This document shows, piece after piece, positions 12,651 to 25,900 of a stretch of DNA of 52,631 nucleotides (position 1 is the stretch's first letter; every line of letters starts with the position of its first letter). Under the pieces are notes generated by a model. The model ran no database searches. It worked only from the letters and a program-made list of their open reading frames with translations, and was not told where the DNA came from. The translations under genes were made by a program, and so were the position numbers. This DNA comes from Calcarisporiella thermophila CBS 279.70 (Eukaryota; Fungi; Calcarisporiellomycota): positions 709,118 to 761,748 of the forward strand of contig NW_027192200.1 in NCBI RefSeq assembly GCF_041956535.1. Reading direction: 5' to 3'.

Positions 12651-14145
12651 TCCTCAGAGGTGATGTGCAAAATGCCTTCCAACCGGAAATGAAGAAGAAC
12701 AAGAGCAAGGCGCAAGTGAGAAAGGTTCCAGCTCAGGGGGAAGAGGGCGAGGGGCGAGAGGGTTTACCAAAAAAAAGGGGAGGAAATAAGCTTCTGCAGT
12801 GCTGAGCACGGGATAATGATTGATTGTGTGTGGAGAGCAATTATGGAATTTAAGGTTCTCTATCTGGCGGTTAAACCGCATCTGCACGTGTGCGCTTCTC
12901 GTCATCCGGGCAGGGTTAGAGTTGGGGGTGATAGGGCTCATGTGTCGAAGCGAAGTCTGTTTTTTAACCTCCGTGTTTTTCTTGTTGTTGTGGTTGTTGG
13001 CGTGCGCCGCTGGCCTGCTCTCTGCATGCCCCACCCAGAGAGTCACGCCTCCCCGGCCGGAGCGGCTGCAAACCCTGCCAGGCTCGGGGCCGCTTACGTG
13101 TGCTCGGCAGAGGGCAGCTGAGTGGTCTTGGACTGAGTTCAAGACACCACGTTGGGCTTTGACACAATTAAAGGTTCATTTGCTGCACGTGAGAGCATGG
13201 ATATTCGTTTGAAGCTTGGAATTCCACGCGCAGGCTCGCCCTGTCAAACACGGCGTCGTGGACACGAAACAATCCATTGGGCCTGCGGCGGACGTGATCA
13301 GTGGGCGGAGGTGCTGCTTGTGCCCAATTTACCATGCCGCACTGCAGTATATTAGGCCCCCGTAGAATTTCGCCAACTTCGGGGCGCAAAAGTGGATTAG
13401 TCAGAGGCGAGAGTGATATCAGCCTGCATGCCGTGTACAACCCGACTCGATCCCCAGACGTGTGGGGCCGCGTCGCCAAGGGACTGGCCTTTCTACGGCC
13501 GAAGGGATTGACTCACAAGGGGATACTGTCTCCTGGCTTCCCATCGGGCATGGGCTTGATTCTGGATGCTGGATTCCAAGAGGACAAGCATTGGTGCCTG
13601 TGATGTCCGAAATGGAGCATTCCGGACACAGGCCAAACTTCTTCAAAATTTTATTCCCCATTGCTATTAGTAATGAGCACACCCTTCGGTACCCCCAACT
13701 TATTTCTCTACTTGCGCAACTTCCTCAAGCTGTATTTTGCCCTCTTAACTCTCTGGCGATTTCCACCCTCTCTTAATGACAGCCGGTTCCCTCGGGCTTT
13801 CCATACTCCTGTCGCAAAACATTAACCCTATTCAAATTGAACATCTCCCGAGATTAAGATCCATATTTGGATCCCGGGAAGAGGGAATTTCCTATGTTCC
13901 CCATAGTAGATCACCAAACAGATAAGAAAAAAGTGAGGCATTTAAGTTAACAGCGTAGAACAAAGTGTAAAGGAAGTTTTGTACGATGAGATTAGGCAAT
14001 CAGTGCATGAACTTTTTATTTTTTGTTTTGTTACTTAACATTCTGCGGCTGATCCTGGAAGAGAAGCTCCATTGCGAAACGTATCTTCATATTAACACAA
14101 ACCTCTGGAAAAAAGGCGACGCGCAAACTCTGAATGTAGAAACAC

Positions 14146-14153
14146 TGTGACTG
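14146..14153 (-). promoter_or_regulatory. Homol D box (TGTGACTG = CAGTCACA reversed) upstream of TSR3
   Basis: Exact match 70 nt before the TSR3 ATG at 14224. Confidence 0.6.
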
Positions 14154-14223
14154 CGATTTTGTTAAGTGTAAAGAAACTATTCTCGCCACTCAACCGAGAT
14201 GTGGGAACTACAATCATTAAACA

Positions 14224-15683
14224 ATGGGACGCAATCATAAAACAAAACGCAATAGACCCAGGGATTATTCAAACTACCGCTATGGCGAAGATTCTACGGT
14301 GGATCTGCCCGAAGATGGGTCAGAGGAGAAGGGCGGGAGTCGGATTCCAGTGCCACTTGCGATGTGGGTGAGTCATCCTGTTAAGCGAGGGAGCGTCCCG
14401 TAGGAGATAAAATTGAAATTCAACTAGGATTTCGAGCAATGCGATCCCAAGCGTTGCTCAGGAAAGAAGCTGGCCCGCTTAGGAATGTTGAAAGTGCTCA
14501 AAGTATCGCAGCGATTCAGAGGCATCGTTTTAAGGTAATTGATGCTCTAGGAGCACTCGAATTTAATCTCATGAGCTGTGCTCACCTTCGCCAATGTCCC
14601 CGCTACCAGTCCTATTGGTCAGAGGGCGGTTTCTCCTGCAGATCGTCATATAGTTGCTGAACATGGCGCTGCCGTCGTGGAATGCTCTTGGGCTAAACTT
14701 GATGAGGTTCCTTTCGCGAGAATTAGGGCACCAGGGGATCGGCTCTGTACGTTACTACTGGAGTGTTTATTTTAATCGCATCTTTTTGGTCCATGGCTAA
14801 TTTTTTTCTCCTTGGAAACTTTAACTCCTACAGTGCCCTATCTTGTTGCTGCTAACCCTGTCAACTATGGAAAGCCATTCAAACTTAACTGTGCTGAAGC
14901 ATTGGCTGCGTGCTTTTATATTACTGGTAAGGATCCGATTTGAGCTCGACCATTCCTGACGGTACTGTACTACCATTGTGATAACTTAGGCTTCGAGGAA
15001 TATGGTGATCAGGTGATGAGCAAGTTCAAGTGGGGACATGCGTTTAAAGAAATCAATGAGTTAGTATTGCAAGAGTTGGTCCATTTATTCTACTTTTTTG
15101 TCATGCGCGTTTTTATTTACACATAGCGCACTTTTGAAGAAATATGCACAGTGCAAAGACTCGAAGGAAGTGGTCGAAGCACAGAACGAATGGCTGAATA
15201 TGCTAGAGAAGGAGGATAGCAAACGCAGACAAGAGGAACCAGATTCAGGTAGAATCTGATATTGATGAAGAATCGTTAGGCACCTCTGGTTGACTCTGAC
15301 TGTTTTTTTCGGGAAAAGACGAGGACGAGCTATTATTTAGAAACCCTAATCATGCTAACTGGGAAAGTGAGGAGGACGACCAAGAAGTGGAAGAGGAGGA
15401 GGAGGAGGAGGAAGAGCTAGAAGAGGACAGTGATGAGGAAAGCGAAGATGAGGACGTAGGGGAGGACGATGGGGATGGAGAGGATGGAGAGGACAAAGGT
15501 GAGAAAGAAGTTATCGATAGAGAAAACTCGATAAACGACGAGAAACACGCGTTTGGGGAACTAAAAGACGCCCGAAGAAATGAAAAGAAGGGTACGTTGG
15601 AAAGAAAAGCGGATACTTCTAAAGAGGACGTGATTGAAAAAGCAATACGACCTCTAAATAATTTGGATATTTCGAATTCTTAA
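14224..15683 (+). CDS. TSR3: 18S rRNA aminocarboxypropyltransferase Tsr3, multi-exon with acidic tail
   Basis: Spliced [35 protein letters not shown]...[53 protein letters not shown]. Confidence 0.95.
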
Positions 15684-16553
15684 GTAATATCTGTTAATAT
15701 TTAACAATAGCGCTCAATTGTTTTGTTTCTTGCTCTATTTCCATTTTGTTATTCCTATTGCAACTATTTTTTTTAAAGATGTGTATAAGGCATGTGCACA
15801 GGTCAGCCATTAGATTGTTTCTTTTCAGCATACAAACCTGTACCGAATTTCGTTTGGGAATTGTTGTTTAGAGGGAAAATATTACAGGATGCTGAGGGAA
15901 TTCCTTCGAATTTTTATCTCTATTGAACGCTATTAATCTAATTCTACAGGGCCAAACCTAACCTTATCTAAAAGTCACGCAAGATAATTAATAGCCAAAC
16001 GGGTCAACGGCTTGAGAATGTTTTGCGCAGAGTTGCGCTGTTATAAATTGAGTATCGCTTTATTTTTGGGGGGGGGAAGAGGAGTTACTTTTCTCCTCAA
16101 CCTATGCCATGCTGTGGAAGGATAGAAGCTGTAGTCTTGGAAGATTCGGAGGCAAGCGTTGGTCGCCAAGGGGAAGTAGGGGCTGCGGCTTGTTGGTCCA
16201 CGATTGGGGAGAGTTTATGTCATAACCGCGTTGAAAAGGTTGGCTTATTTACTATTCAAGCAAACCGAGAGTCCAGAACAGAGTCGTGTAACAAGTAATT
16301 AATTTAAACGCTTGCATTCGATTTTCCAGGTTAAATCGGTCCAATGATGGCTCTTTTCACGCTTCATAACGGGTTAATCTCAAACTTCTGTGAATATAAG
16401 CTAAAATACGATGCTTGACCCCTAAACTCCTTTCCTCATCTCTTTTTCCACCCTCTCTCGATACCATTCAATAGTCGCCGGTCGACACAACATCATCAAC
16501 TCACTTATCTCTCATTTTTTCCTATTTCTGTCATTTCTTCATTCCTCAACGCT

Positions 16554-17292
16554 ATGTTGGTCAAATCAGGTCTGGTACTTCTCTCTCTCCTTGGTTATGG
16601 CATTTCGCTCGCGTCTGCTCACGGCCGCATGGTGAATCCCCCCATTCGACTGAAGCCCGGAGACAGCGGCCAGGGTTTCACCTTTGCACGCTCGCCCAAT
16701 ACCAACTTCCCATGTGGTGGGCTGGTATGTATTCTTATTTCGACCCTTACAAATAGTTTAGCTCACTCCTGTTTATTTTTTGCGCGTGTAGCCTGCCGGC
16801 AAGGTGCAGAAGACTTTCAAGTCGGGTGGTACTATTCCAGTCACCTGGCAGATTACCGCCCTGCACCGTGGGACGTGCTTCCTTGAGCTCTCTACTGATG
16901 GAAACGACGGGTCATTCAAAACCCTGAAAACCCTACCCAACTGCGCCGACACGAACGGAGAGTTCTCGACGACAGTGCAGATTCCATCGGGGGCAAACTG
17001 CGACAAGTGCACGCTTCGGTTTAGGTGGTTAGCGAAGAACACTGGGGAAACTTACTTGAACTGTGCCGACATCGCCATCAATGGCTCCGGCTCCGGAAGC
17101 GGGGGTGGCGATTCGGGCGAAAAAGAGACGCCGGCCCAAGAGGCACCCCAGCAGAAGGGCAAGAACAAAAAACCAAAGAAGAAGACCGGGAAGAAGACTC
17201 AAAACGGAGACGGAGTTACACCCCAAAAATCCCGTCGCCGTGCGCGCGCGGTGAAGCCTCGAAGCTTCCACGCGCACTCTAGCCTAGTCTAA
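16554..17292 (+). CDS. Secreted His-brace copper protein, LPMO-like (AA11-like), with Gly/Ser linker and Lys/Arg-rich C-terminal tail; intron 16726-16790
   Basis: Signal peptide ending ASA followed by mature N-terminal H (HGRMVNPPIR); FPCGG; second His in TALHRGTC; CDKCTLRFRW; ETYLNCADI containing the axial Tyr. Confidence 0.82.
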
Positions 17293-17620
17293 GGGAGTGA
17301 ACAAAGACAGATACGCTGGACGTTCCCTACCTCCTATAGCACCATTCATTTTGCTTTTATCTCTCTCTCCTCGAGCAATTCCGAGAATTGCTCTTGCGAT
17401 GAGCATGACCACGAACACGTTCATTTCATATACTTGAAGAAGAAAATCATATTGAAACAATTGCCCCAAAATACATTTTGATTTTGTCACCAACTTTGCA
17501 ATAAAGAAGGCACTACTGTCCATTTTGCATAGTGCAATGGATTGAAAGCATAAAAAACGATTATTCAATTATAATACAAAGCGAAAAAAAACAAGACACT
17601 GGCATAAGGAGTTGGTGTGC

Positions 17621-18357
17621 CTATCGTTTTTCCACAGAGGGCATGGTATTCCTGACATGTTGTCGTATGGTGGCGAGAGGATTCTCCTTATAAGTGGGAT
17701 GCTGCATCACCTTTTGGAAGCGAATGATCTCCTTCATACTGATGAAAATTCCGGATGGTTAGCGCACGCATGTTCAATTGTGAAAGTATATCAGGAGGAT
17801 AAAGATACTTACGCGGTATTCTTGCGCGCCTTTTTTGTCAAGGGCTTTTTCTCCTTGCTTTCCCCTAACTGATCTGGCTGCATAGGGTCCGAGGGTTTCG
17901 CTTCTGGAAGGGCCGCGCTAAATGTTTTCAAAAATTCCGTGGAAAATGTGTTGGATTTTTTCTTGTTCTTTTTGGGATTGTATTTTGTCTCGAGTTCTAA
18001 TGGAATATCAGAAACGGAGGTTAAAGACTAGTGTTGGAGGTCAATGAAAGGAAAGAGCACGCCTACTTTGGAACCATCTTTCATGCCGTAATCTGCGCTT
18101 TTCTTTCTTTGAAAGCCCATGGAGATTTTCTGCGGGTTGTACTGCGATTGCCTAACAAGATACCAAGTAATTTGTTTGGTGAAATTCTTAGATTCATGGT
18201 AAGAGAGCGTAGATCATACCTCTGGATTCTCTGTGCCGATCCCCCTCATTTGTTCCAACACTTGGGTCTCTTGCACCGCAAATTGACGATCAGAGACATG
18301 TCGTGGTGCTTGCTGGGAAGCATGGAGTTTAGTTCTTGTACGCCGTACTTTGGGCAT
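17621..18357 (-). CDS. SLX9: Ribosome biogenesis protein Slx9/FAM207A (4 exons; not in the ORF track)
   Basis: Manual splicing gives MPKVRRTRTKLH...LSKKEKRRLRHERWFQKLE...KEIIRFQKVMQHPTYKENPLATIRQHVRNTM, the SLX9-family C-terminal motif. All three introns are GT-AG. Confidence 0.85.
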
Positions 18358-18532
18358 GTCGGTTATGAAAGGGCAAGGGGCGAGGGCAGGTGTGAATCCA
18401 TGAAGGAGTGTTTATTTCATTTGGTAGGGCAGTCATAAATTGTGACGGCTTAATTTCGGCTGGATTTCTGCAAGACGTTCTCATCCCCCTAATCTAGTCT
18501 CTTCTCTTTTCGCATCCATCCATCTTGTAGAT
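18358..18532. promoter_or_regulatory. Bidirectional promoter SLX9/RPS8 with two opposed Homol D-like boxes
   Basis: 175 nt between divergent ATGs. CAGTCATA (18430-18437) and TGTGACGG (18441-18448) are each one mismatch from CAGTCACA. Confidence 0.55.
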
Positions 18533-19399
18533 ATGGGTAGAGTATCTAGAGTGTGAACTATATTCTCATGGATGAAGTGGATGTTTGGTGGGAGGGTCCT
18601 TATGAGAGGTGGGCGGAGAGTTGGAGTGAGGGGAGGTGGACGGAATTGAGAATGCATCCATGATGTTCTACCATTTTTGCGATCAACCATCCTGACTAAC
18701 GATTTCCTCATCGATTTTGTTATAAAGGCATCAGCCGTGACTCCCTTCACAAACGCTCGCACACAGGTGCCAAACGCGCCCAGTTCCGCAAGAAGCGCAA
18801 GTATGAGTTGGGCCGCCAGGCGGCTAACACCAAGCTTGGCCCCAAGCGCATCCACGAGATCCGTGTCCGTGGCGGCAACAAGAAGTTCCGTGCTCTTCGC
18901 CTCGACTCTGGAAACTTCTCGTGGGGCTCTGAGACCGTCACACGCAAGGCCAGAATCATCGCTGTCGTGTATAATGCCAGCAACAACGAATTGGTTCGCA
19001 CGAACACTTTGGTGAAGGGCGCCGTCATCCAAGTCGATGCCACCCCATTCAGGCAGTGGTACGAGGCCCACTATGGCCTTCCCGTTGGGAAGAAGAAGTC
19101 CAAGACGGTATGTTTTTTTGTATATCTAGCGAGCTCATTTCCCGATCTAATCCCTCTCTTATGCAACTCAGGCTGAGACCAAGGAGGAAGAGCAGAAGCG
19201 CTCCAACCACGTGCAGCGCAAGCTGGAGGCCCGCAAGCCCAACGCCAAGGTCGATCCCCTGCTTGATGACCAATTTGCTACTGGCCGTTTGTACGCAATC
19301 ATCTCCTCCCGCCCTGGCCAGTCTGGTCGCGCAGACGGCTACATCCTCGAGGGCAAGGAGCTTGAGTTCTACGTCAGGAAGATCAAGCAGAGGAAGTAA
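18533..19399 (+). CDS. RPS8: 40S ribosomal protein eS8 (3 exons; first exon ATG-G)
   Basis: [39 protein letters not shown]...[14 protein letters not shown]...[22 protein letters not shown]; strongly biased codons. Confidence 0.98.
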
Positions 19400-19660
19400 A
19401 AACCAAGCGTGTATTTTGTGAACTGTTTTTTCTTATCTTTTTTTCTCTTCTCTTTCTCGTTTAAGAAAATAATAAAAATATCAAAAAAAAAGGAAATCCA
19501 CATTAAAGAAATTATAAATACCAGTAAAAGTAGATATATAGGGGAAGAGGAAGAGGAATAGGAGAACATTTACAATAGTCTAGCAGTGGGTGTTCTGAAG
19601 TGCAAACGGGAATCATATGTACAAGAAAAATGGGCCAAAGTTTAGGGGGAGGGAGGGACG

Positions 19661-20420
19661 TTATTTCCCAGTGGATGTTTCTGCTTGGTTCTCGTGCTTT
19701 AGTTTATTCTGGTATTCCTCCTCTTCTAGTTGCTATCACGGCAGATTCAATTTACTAATATAAAAAAGATCCATTGAATGGGCTTACCAGCATATTGCGT
19801 TGCTCGACTAACCAGGGCGGAAGAGTTCTCGGTAGAGTCACTAAATCCAAGTCGAAGAGCTCGATAAACTGCTCGTTCACATAGCGAGCCTTGCTTCCTG
19901 CATAGCTCCGATACTGCAAGAAAATTAGGGCTGGGCCAGTAAATATATAGACTGTATGAAGTACCTCTCCCACGATGGAATTGAAATTCCAGCCTTGGAG
20001 TTTGCGCAAACAGCCGATGAATGTGCCTGTCTCGTGAATTCCTGAGGTACACATGACGAGGATAGGATGGTGCTCAAAGTCAAGCACAAGTTCAAGGCCT
20101 TCCTTAATAAGCTCTTCGCTCACAGGTCGCCATCCAAGGTTGGGTTTCCAAGCACGAAGACCGAGATGTACCTTTAGAAGGATTTTAGAGTTACCATCGA
20201 AAGAGCAGAAATGAAAAAAAAAAGGGTCCCATCATACTAGTTTGATTTTATTCTCTTGGAGGAAATTTATAATGGCTCTACTGGGAGATTCGGGAGAGAG
20301 GGCAACCACGGTCTTCAGATGCAGCGAGCGAATGAATGCAAAATGGGTCTGCTGGAGCATGTCGGAGCGGTAGATGCCCTTCTCGACGATGCCAAACTGC
20401 TCAGGCGGGGTCAGCAGCAT
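19661..20420 (-). CDS. OCA/Siw14-family (PFA-DSP) tyrosine-phosphatase-like protein, Oca4/Oca2-like, probably catalytically inactive
   Basis: PPEQFGIVEKGIYRS, LKTVVALSPE, HPILVMCTSGIHETGTFIGCLRKLQGWNFNSI.GEYRSYAG.KAR..NEQFIELFD. The CX5R Arg is replaced by Glu. Four exons; stop at 19661. Confidence 0.88.
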
Positions 20421-20600
20421 AACGAACTGAGTTATCCTTAGGTATTTGATTCCAATGTGACTTTTAACCTATTTTACAAACGCCACTCGCCTCAAACTGG
20501 ACGTCACGGCCGTTCTGAAAAAGTCTTCTAGGAAGAGAAGGCGGAGAAGGATTGGAAAAGTAGAGCTTTCTCCGTTTTGCTTTGAACAATCAACAAAGAA

Positions 20601-21295
20601 ATGGTCACCAATGCGAACGCCAAATCCACTATGGATACAATAAGAGTTAAATTTGATTATTATTACCGCCAGGCCGACAAGGAGCTAGAGCAGATTCCTT
20701 GGCTCCGGCAACTTGAAGCCCAGCTCAAGGTTCCCAAGGTCTATTTGGCGTCTTCGGGAGCACTCGTAGTGTTCGTGCTCCTTTTCTTTAACATTGCTGG
20801 GAGCATTATAGCTGATGTGATTGCCTTTGGCTATCCAGGTAGGAATGGGTAATTTGCCTATTGGATGCCTGTATATCTCAATTCTCTGCAAAATAGCCTA
20901 TCGGTCATTCAAGGCTCTCGAATCCACCGGCGGAAGAGACGATGTCCAATGGCTCTTCTACTGGATAGTGTTTGGCCTCTGCTCCGTGATAGAGTATTTT
21001 TCTCGTGCCTTATTATACTGGTTCCCCTTCTATTACCTTTTCAAGACGATATTCTGCCTGTGGTTGATGCTTCCTCAGACAAGGGTAAGCCTTTTGCTTG
21101 TGGGTGATACTTACGTGTGTTGAACATGTTTATATGCCGAAAATCTTTCAGGGAGCCGAATACCTCTACAAACGCCTGCTCCGGGGCTTCATTATGCGCT
21201 ACGAGGGACTTAGTGCAGAGAGTTCTTCCTCGGCGGCCTCTTCAAGTCGATTAAATCAGAAGGTGAATGCAGCTCTGGCGGGTGGGTCTCGTTAG
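20601..21295 (+). CDS. YOP1: TB2/DP1/HVA22 (Yop1/REEP) ER-shaping protein, 3 exons
   Basis: LEAQLKVPKVY, FGYP/AYRSFKALES...DDVQWLFYWIVFG..SVIEYFS..LLYWFPFYYLFKTIFCLWLMLPQTR/GAEYLY. Confidence 0.9.
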
Positions 21296-21694
21296 GGCAG
21301 TTGTAGTTCGTCAGTGAAAATATCAGATATGTTCAAGTTAGTCCCCTGTTGTACCTATAACATATATATTCCCCCTCCCCTCCTCATTAATTAGATAAAT
21401 GTATGGTAGATTCAAGGCTTTATTGAGTATATATATTCTCTAATTATCGCTCATTGTCATGTATTACTGTAGAGTAAGAATAAAAAATCTTGTTAAGAGC
21501 GATAAAAAAAAGATAGGTCAGAGAAAAGGAATTTGGATCATTAGACATAAAACAGCAGATGGGGAAAGGTGGAAGAAAGAAAACAGAAAAAAAAAAAGAA
21601 TACTTCAACATCAAACATAAAAATAAGCATCTAAAGGAAGAAGAGGAAAAAAAAAAAGGAAATAGGAGGAGTGGTAGTATTGGGTGCTTTGCTT

Positions 21695-22584
<890 letters not shown>

Positions 22585-22938
22585 CCCTACAAAATTTGTT
22601 GAAAATTCAGAAAGAGAACAACTGACGCCAAATGATGAAGAGGTTGCATAAGAATTTCCACTTTGACTGCCCTCAAATTAATTTCATATTTCATATCGAA
22701 GTGCTCTTTCATCCTATTCAAACAACAAGTCTTCGCATCAAGCAAAGTTTTTTTTTTGCCACCATTTTATCTCGCTTAACTTTTGTTTCGTTGCGATTTC
22801 TCCATTTTTCCATTTTTTAGTGAGCTTGGCTGATAGCGGACCTCTTCTAGAGACACTAACTTCTTCTCATCCAGAGAAGCATTAACTGCCTGTTTTGGCT
22901 CTCCTTCAGTTGCGATCTGAAGTTCCCCTCCTCCAGCC

Positions 22939-25900
22939 ATGGCCTCCCAGCCGCAACCACAGCCAACACAGGCGCCGCCCGCTCAATCCTCGCGCCCTAC
23001 CTTCACCTCTCAACAGCTTTTCCACCTTAAGCTCCAGATCATGGTCTTTAAGCTTTTGTCCCAGAAACAGGCCGTTCCCTCCAATCTACTCGAGGCTGCA
23101 TTGGGTGGGGCTACCCTGGAAAGAAGTGTGGGAGCTGATATCGTTGAATCGGTCTATGATCACATAACACAACATGGGATGGTAAAGCAGTGGAGCACAG
23201 TATTTGCTGAGGGACACAAGGTGGAAGAGCAGCGATTGCTAGTGCCCAGTGCGGGGCCAAGTGAAATCGATTCCGTGGTTTTAGTGCAGGAGCAAGAGAG
23301 AAGATCGGAACAGAAAATTGAAAAGAGACTGAAAGAGCTTGAAGAGAAGAACGGACTGGACATGGAAATGGATATGGAACTAGATGAGGATGGATGGATG
23401 GACGAGGAACAACTGGCGAAGGCATTGGAATTAAAGGGGTTAAAAATGTTGGGCCAACAGCGCAAGGTATTTTGGGGAGTTATCTTGATGGTATGGCTGT
23501 AGTTTACTCACTTTTTTTTATCTCGCTTCCTCGTCTTTCCGTGGTTTAGTTAAGAGAAGAAATTCTACGTGGACTTAACAAAGTTACTACGCTGGCTGCG
23601 TCTGTTGACCGTGCTGCCTACCGGCGCATGAAAAAACAATCCTTGAGAGATGCACGCCTTGCCGAAAAGCTTGAGCGTCAACAGCGCCAGGATAGGGAAA
23701 AACGTGAAAAGCAGCGGCATATGAGCCGTCTCACTCGGATATTGCAGCATGGGCGTGAGATGCAAACGGTCCACCGTGCCCATCAGGCCCGACTCGGGAA
23801 GCTTGGCCGAGCGGTGCTAAACTATCACGCACACGTGGAAAAAGAGGAGGATAAACGTAATAGACGGACGCAAGAAGAGCGTCTGAGAGCATTAAGGGTA
23901 TGGTTGATCTTCAGTCTAGAGTTCGCGCGCCATTGACCCATTCTTCCCCAAATTACCTTGCCTGTAGAATGATGATGAAGAGGCCTATTTAAAGCTTATT
24001 GACCGCACCAAAGATACCCGAATCAACCAACTTCTCGAACAAACCGATCAATACCTCTTCTCGTTATCTCAAGCGGTAATAGCCCAGCAAAATGATAAGA
24101 TGCACTTGGAAAAATCAGGAGACACGGATGAATTGATGCCAGACGAAAGCAGTATTGCATTGGAGGAGGAGACCGAGGTAGGGGCTCCCCATTGACCTTT
24201 TGAGATTTCTTGACCACCCATGTATTGGTGTCTAAATCCTTTGATATTGAATAGGGCGAGAAAAAACTGGATTATTATACGATTGCACACAGGATTTCGG
24301 AGCCAATTAAATCGCAGCCTTCAATGCTAGTGGGGGGAACTTTGAAGGAATATCAGGTATACTGACTCTTTTTGCTTGATCTCCTCGTTATTGTAACCTT
24401 TTTATTCCGGGATGAAAAGCTGAAAGGCCTACAATGGATGGTGTCGCTTTACAACAACCGTCTTAATGGGATTTTGGCAGATGAAATGGGGCTGGGTAAG
24501 TGCTTTGATTGAGTTTTATTCAAGATTGAAGTTTCATAATGTTTATTGTTATTGTTTTTTAGGCAAGACAATCCAGACGATTTCCCTCATAACCCATTTG
24601 TTAGAAAAGAAGCAGAACGGACCTTTTTTAATTATTGTTCCACTATCGTGAGTTGACCTTTTTACGCTTTAATACCCCTTTTCGTCCACTTATGCCACCC
24701 TGTCTTNNNNNNNNNNNNNNNNNNNNNNNNNNNNNNNNNNNNNNNNNNNNNNNNNNNNNNNNNNNNNNNNNNNNNNNNNNNNNNNNNNNNNNNNNNNNNN
24801 NNNNNNNNNNNNNNNNNNNNNNNNNNNNNNNNNNNNNNNNNNNNNNNNNNNNNNNNNNNNNNNNNNNNNNNNNNNNNNNNNNNNNNNNNNNNNNNNNNNN
24901 NNNNNNNNNNNNNNNNNNNNNNNNNNNNNNNNNNNNNNNNNNNNNNNNNNNNNNNNNNNNNNNNNNNNNNNNNNNNNNNNNNNNNNNNNNNNNNNNNNNN
25001 NNNNNNNNNNNNNNNNNNNNNNNNNNNNNNNNNNNNNNNNNNNNNNNNNNNNNNNNNNNNNNNNNNNNNNNNNNNNNNNNNNNNNNNNNNNNNNNNNNNN
25101 NNNNNNNNNNNNNNNNNNNNNNNNNNNNNNNNNNNNNNNNNNNNNNNNNNNNNNNNNNNNNNNNNNNNNNNNNNNNNNNNNNNNNNNNNNNNNNNNNNNN
25201 NNNNNNNNNNNNNNNNNNNNNNNTTTGAAAAATGGGCACCTTCCATATCCAAGATCGTTTACAAAGGAACACCCCAGGTGCGTAAGTGGATACAGCAGAC
25301 CGAAATTAAGCACGGGAATTTTCAGGTGCTCCTGACCACCTACGAATATATCATTAAAGACCGGCCGGTACTGAGCAAAATTAAGTGGCTGTATTTGATC
25401 ATCGATGAGGGTCACCGTATGAAAAATGTGAACTCTAAACTGGCGACGGTGTTGGCCCAGTATTACTTTTCGCGCTATCGGCTGATTTTGACCGGAACAC
25501 CGCTTCAGGTAGGAAATCCTGCCATTGGTCGGATAACTTTTCGAGCCCACTTATATTATCTTTCTTGTCCATTGTAGAACAACTTGCCAGAGCTCTGGGC
25601 TTTGCTCAACTTCATTCTCCCCAAGGTGTTCAATTCCGTGCAGAGTTTTGACGAATGGTTCAACAAGCCTTTTGCAAATTCAAATGAGACCAAAATGGAA
25701 TTGAATGAAGAGGAAAAGCTGCTCATTATCCGTCGGTTACATAAGGTAAGCGGATGTCTAGTCTTGTCGTCGAGATGGATGATGCTCACGGCGGACCCTG
25801 AATCGACAACTAGGTGTTGCGACCATTCCTCCTGCGACGTCTCAAGAAGGACGTGGAGGCAGAGCTACCTGACAAGGTTGAGCGCGTGATCAAGTGCAAA

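Noticed and set aside
18537-18727. Possible C/D snoRNA in the RPS8 first intron (ATGATGT ... CTGA)
   Set aside because: Box C is imperfect, the CTGA overlaps the CTGACTAAC branch point, the spacing is too short, and no rRNA complement was recognised.
18481-19071. Long antisense ORFs over RPS8 (also over TRR1, MFS, bZIP and ENA)
   Set aside because: Shadow frames caused by codon bias on the coding strand.
24635-25550. ORF-track entries full of X
   Set aside because: Artefacts of the N gap.
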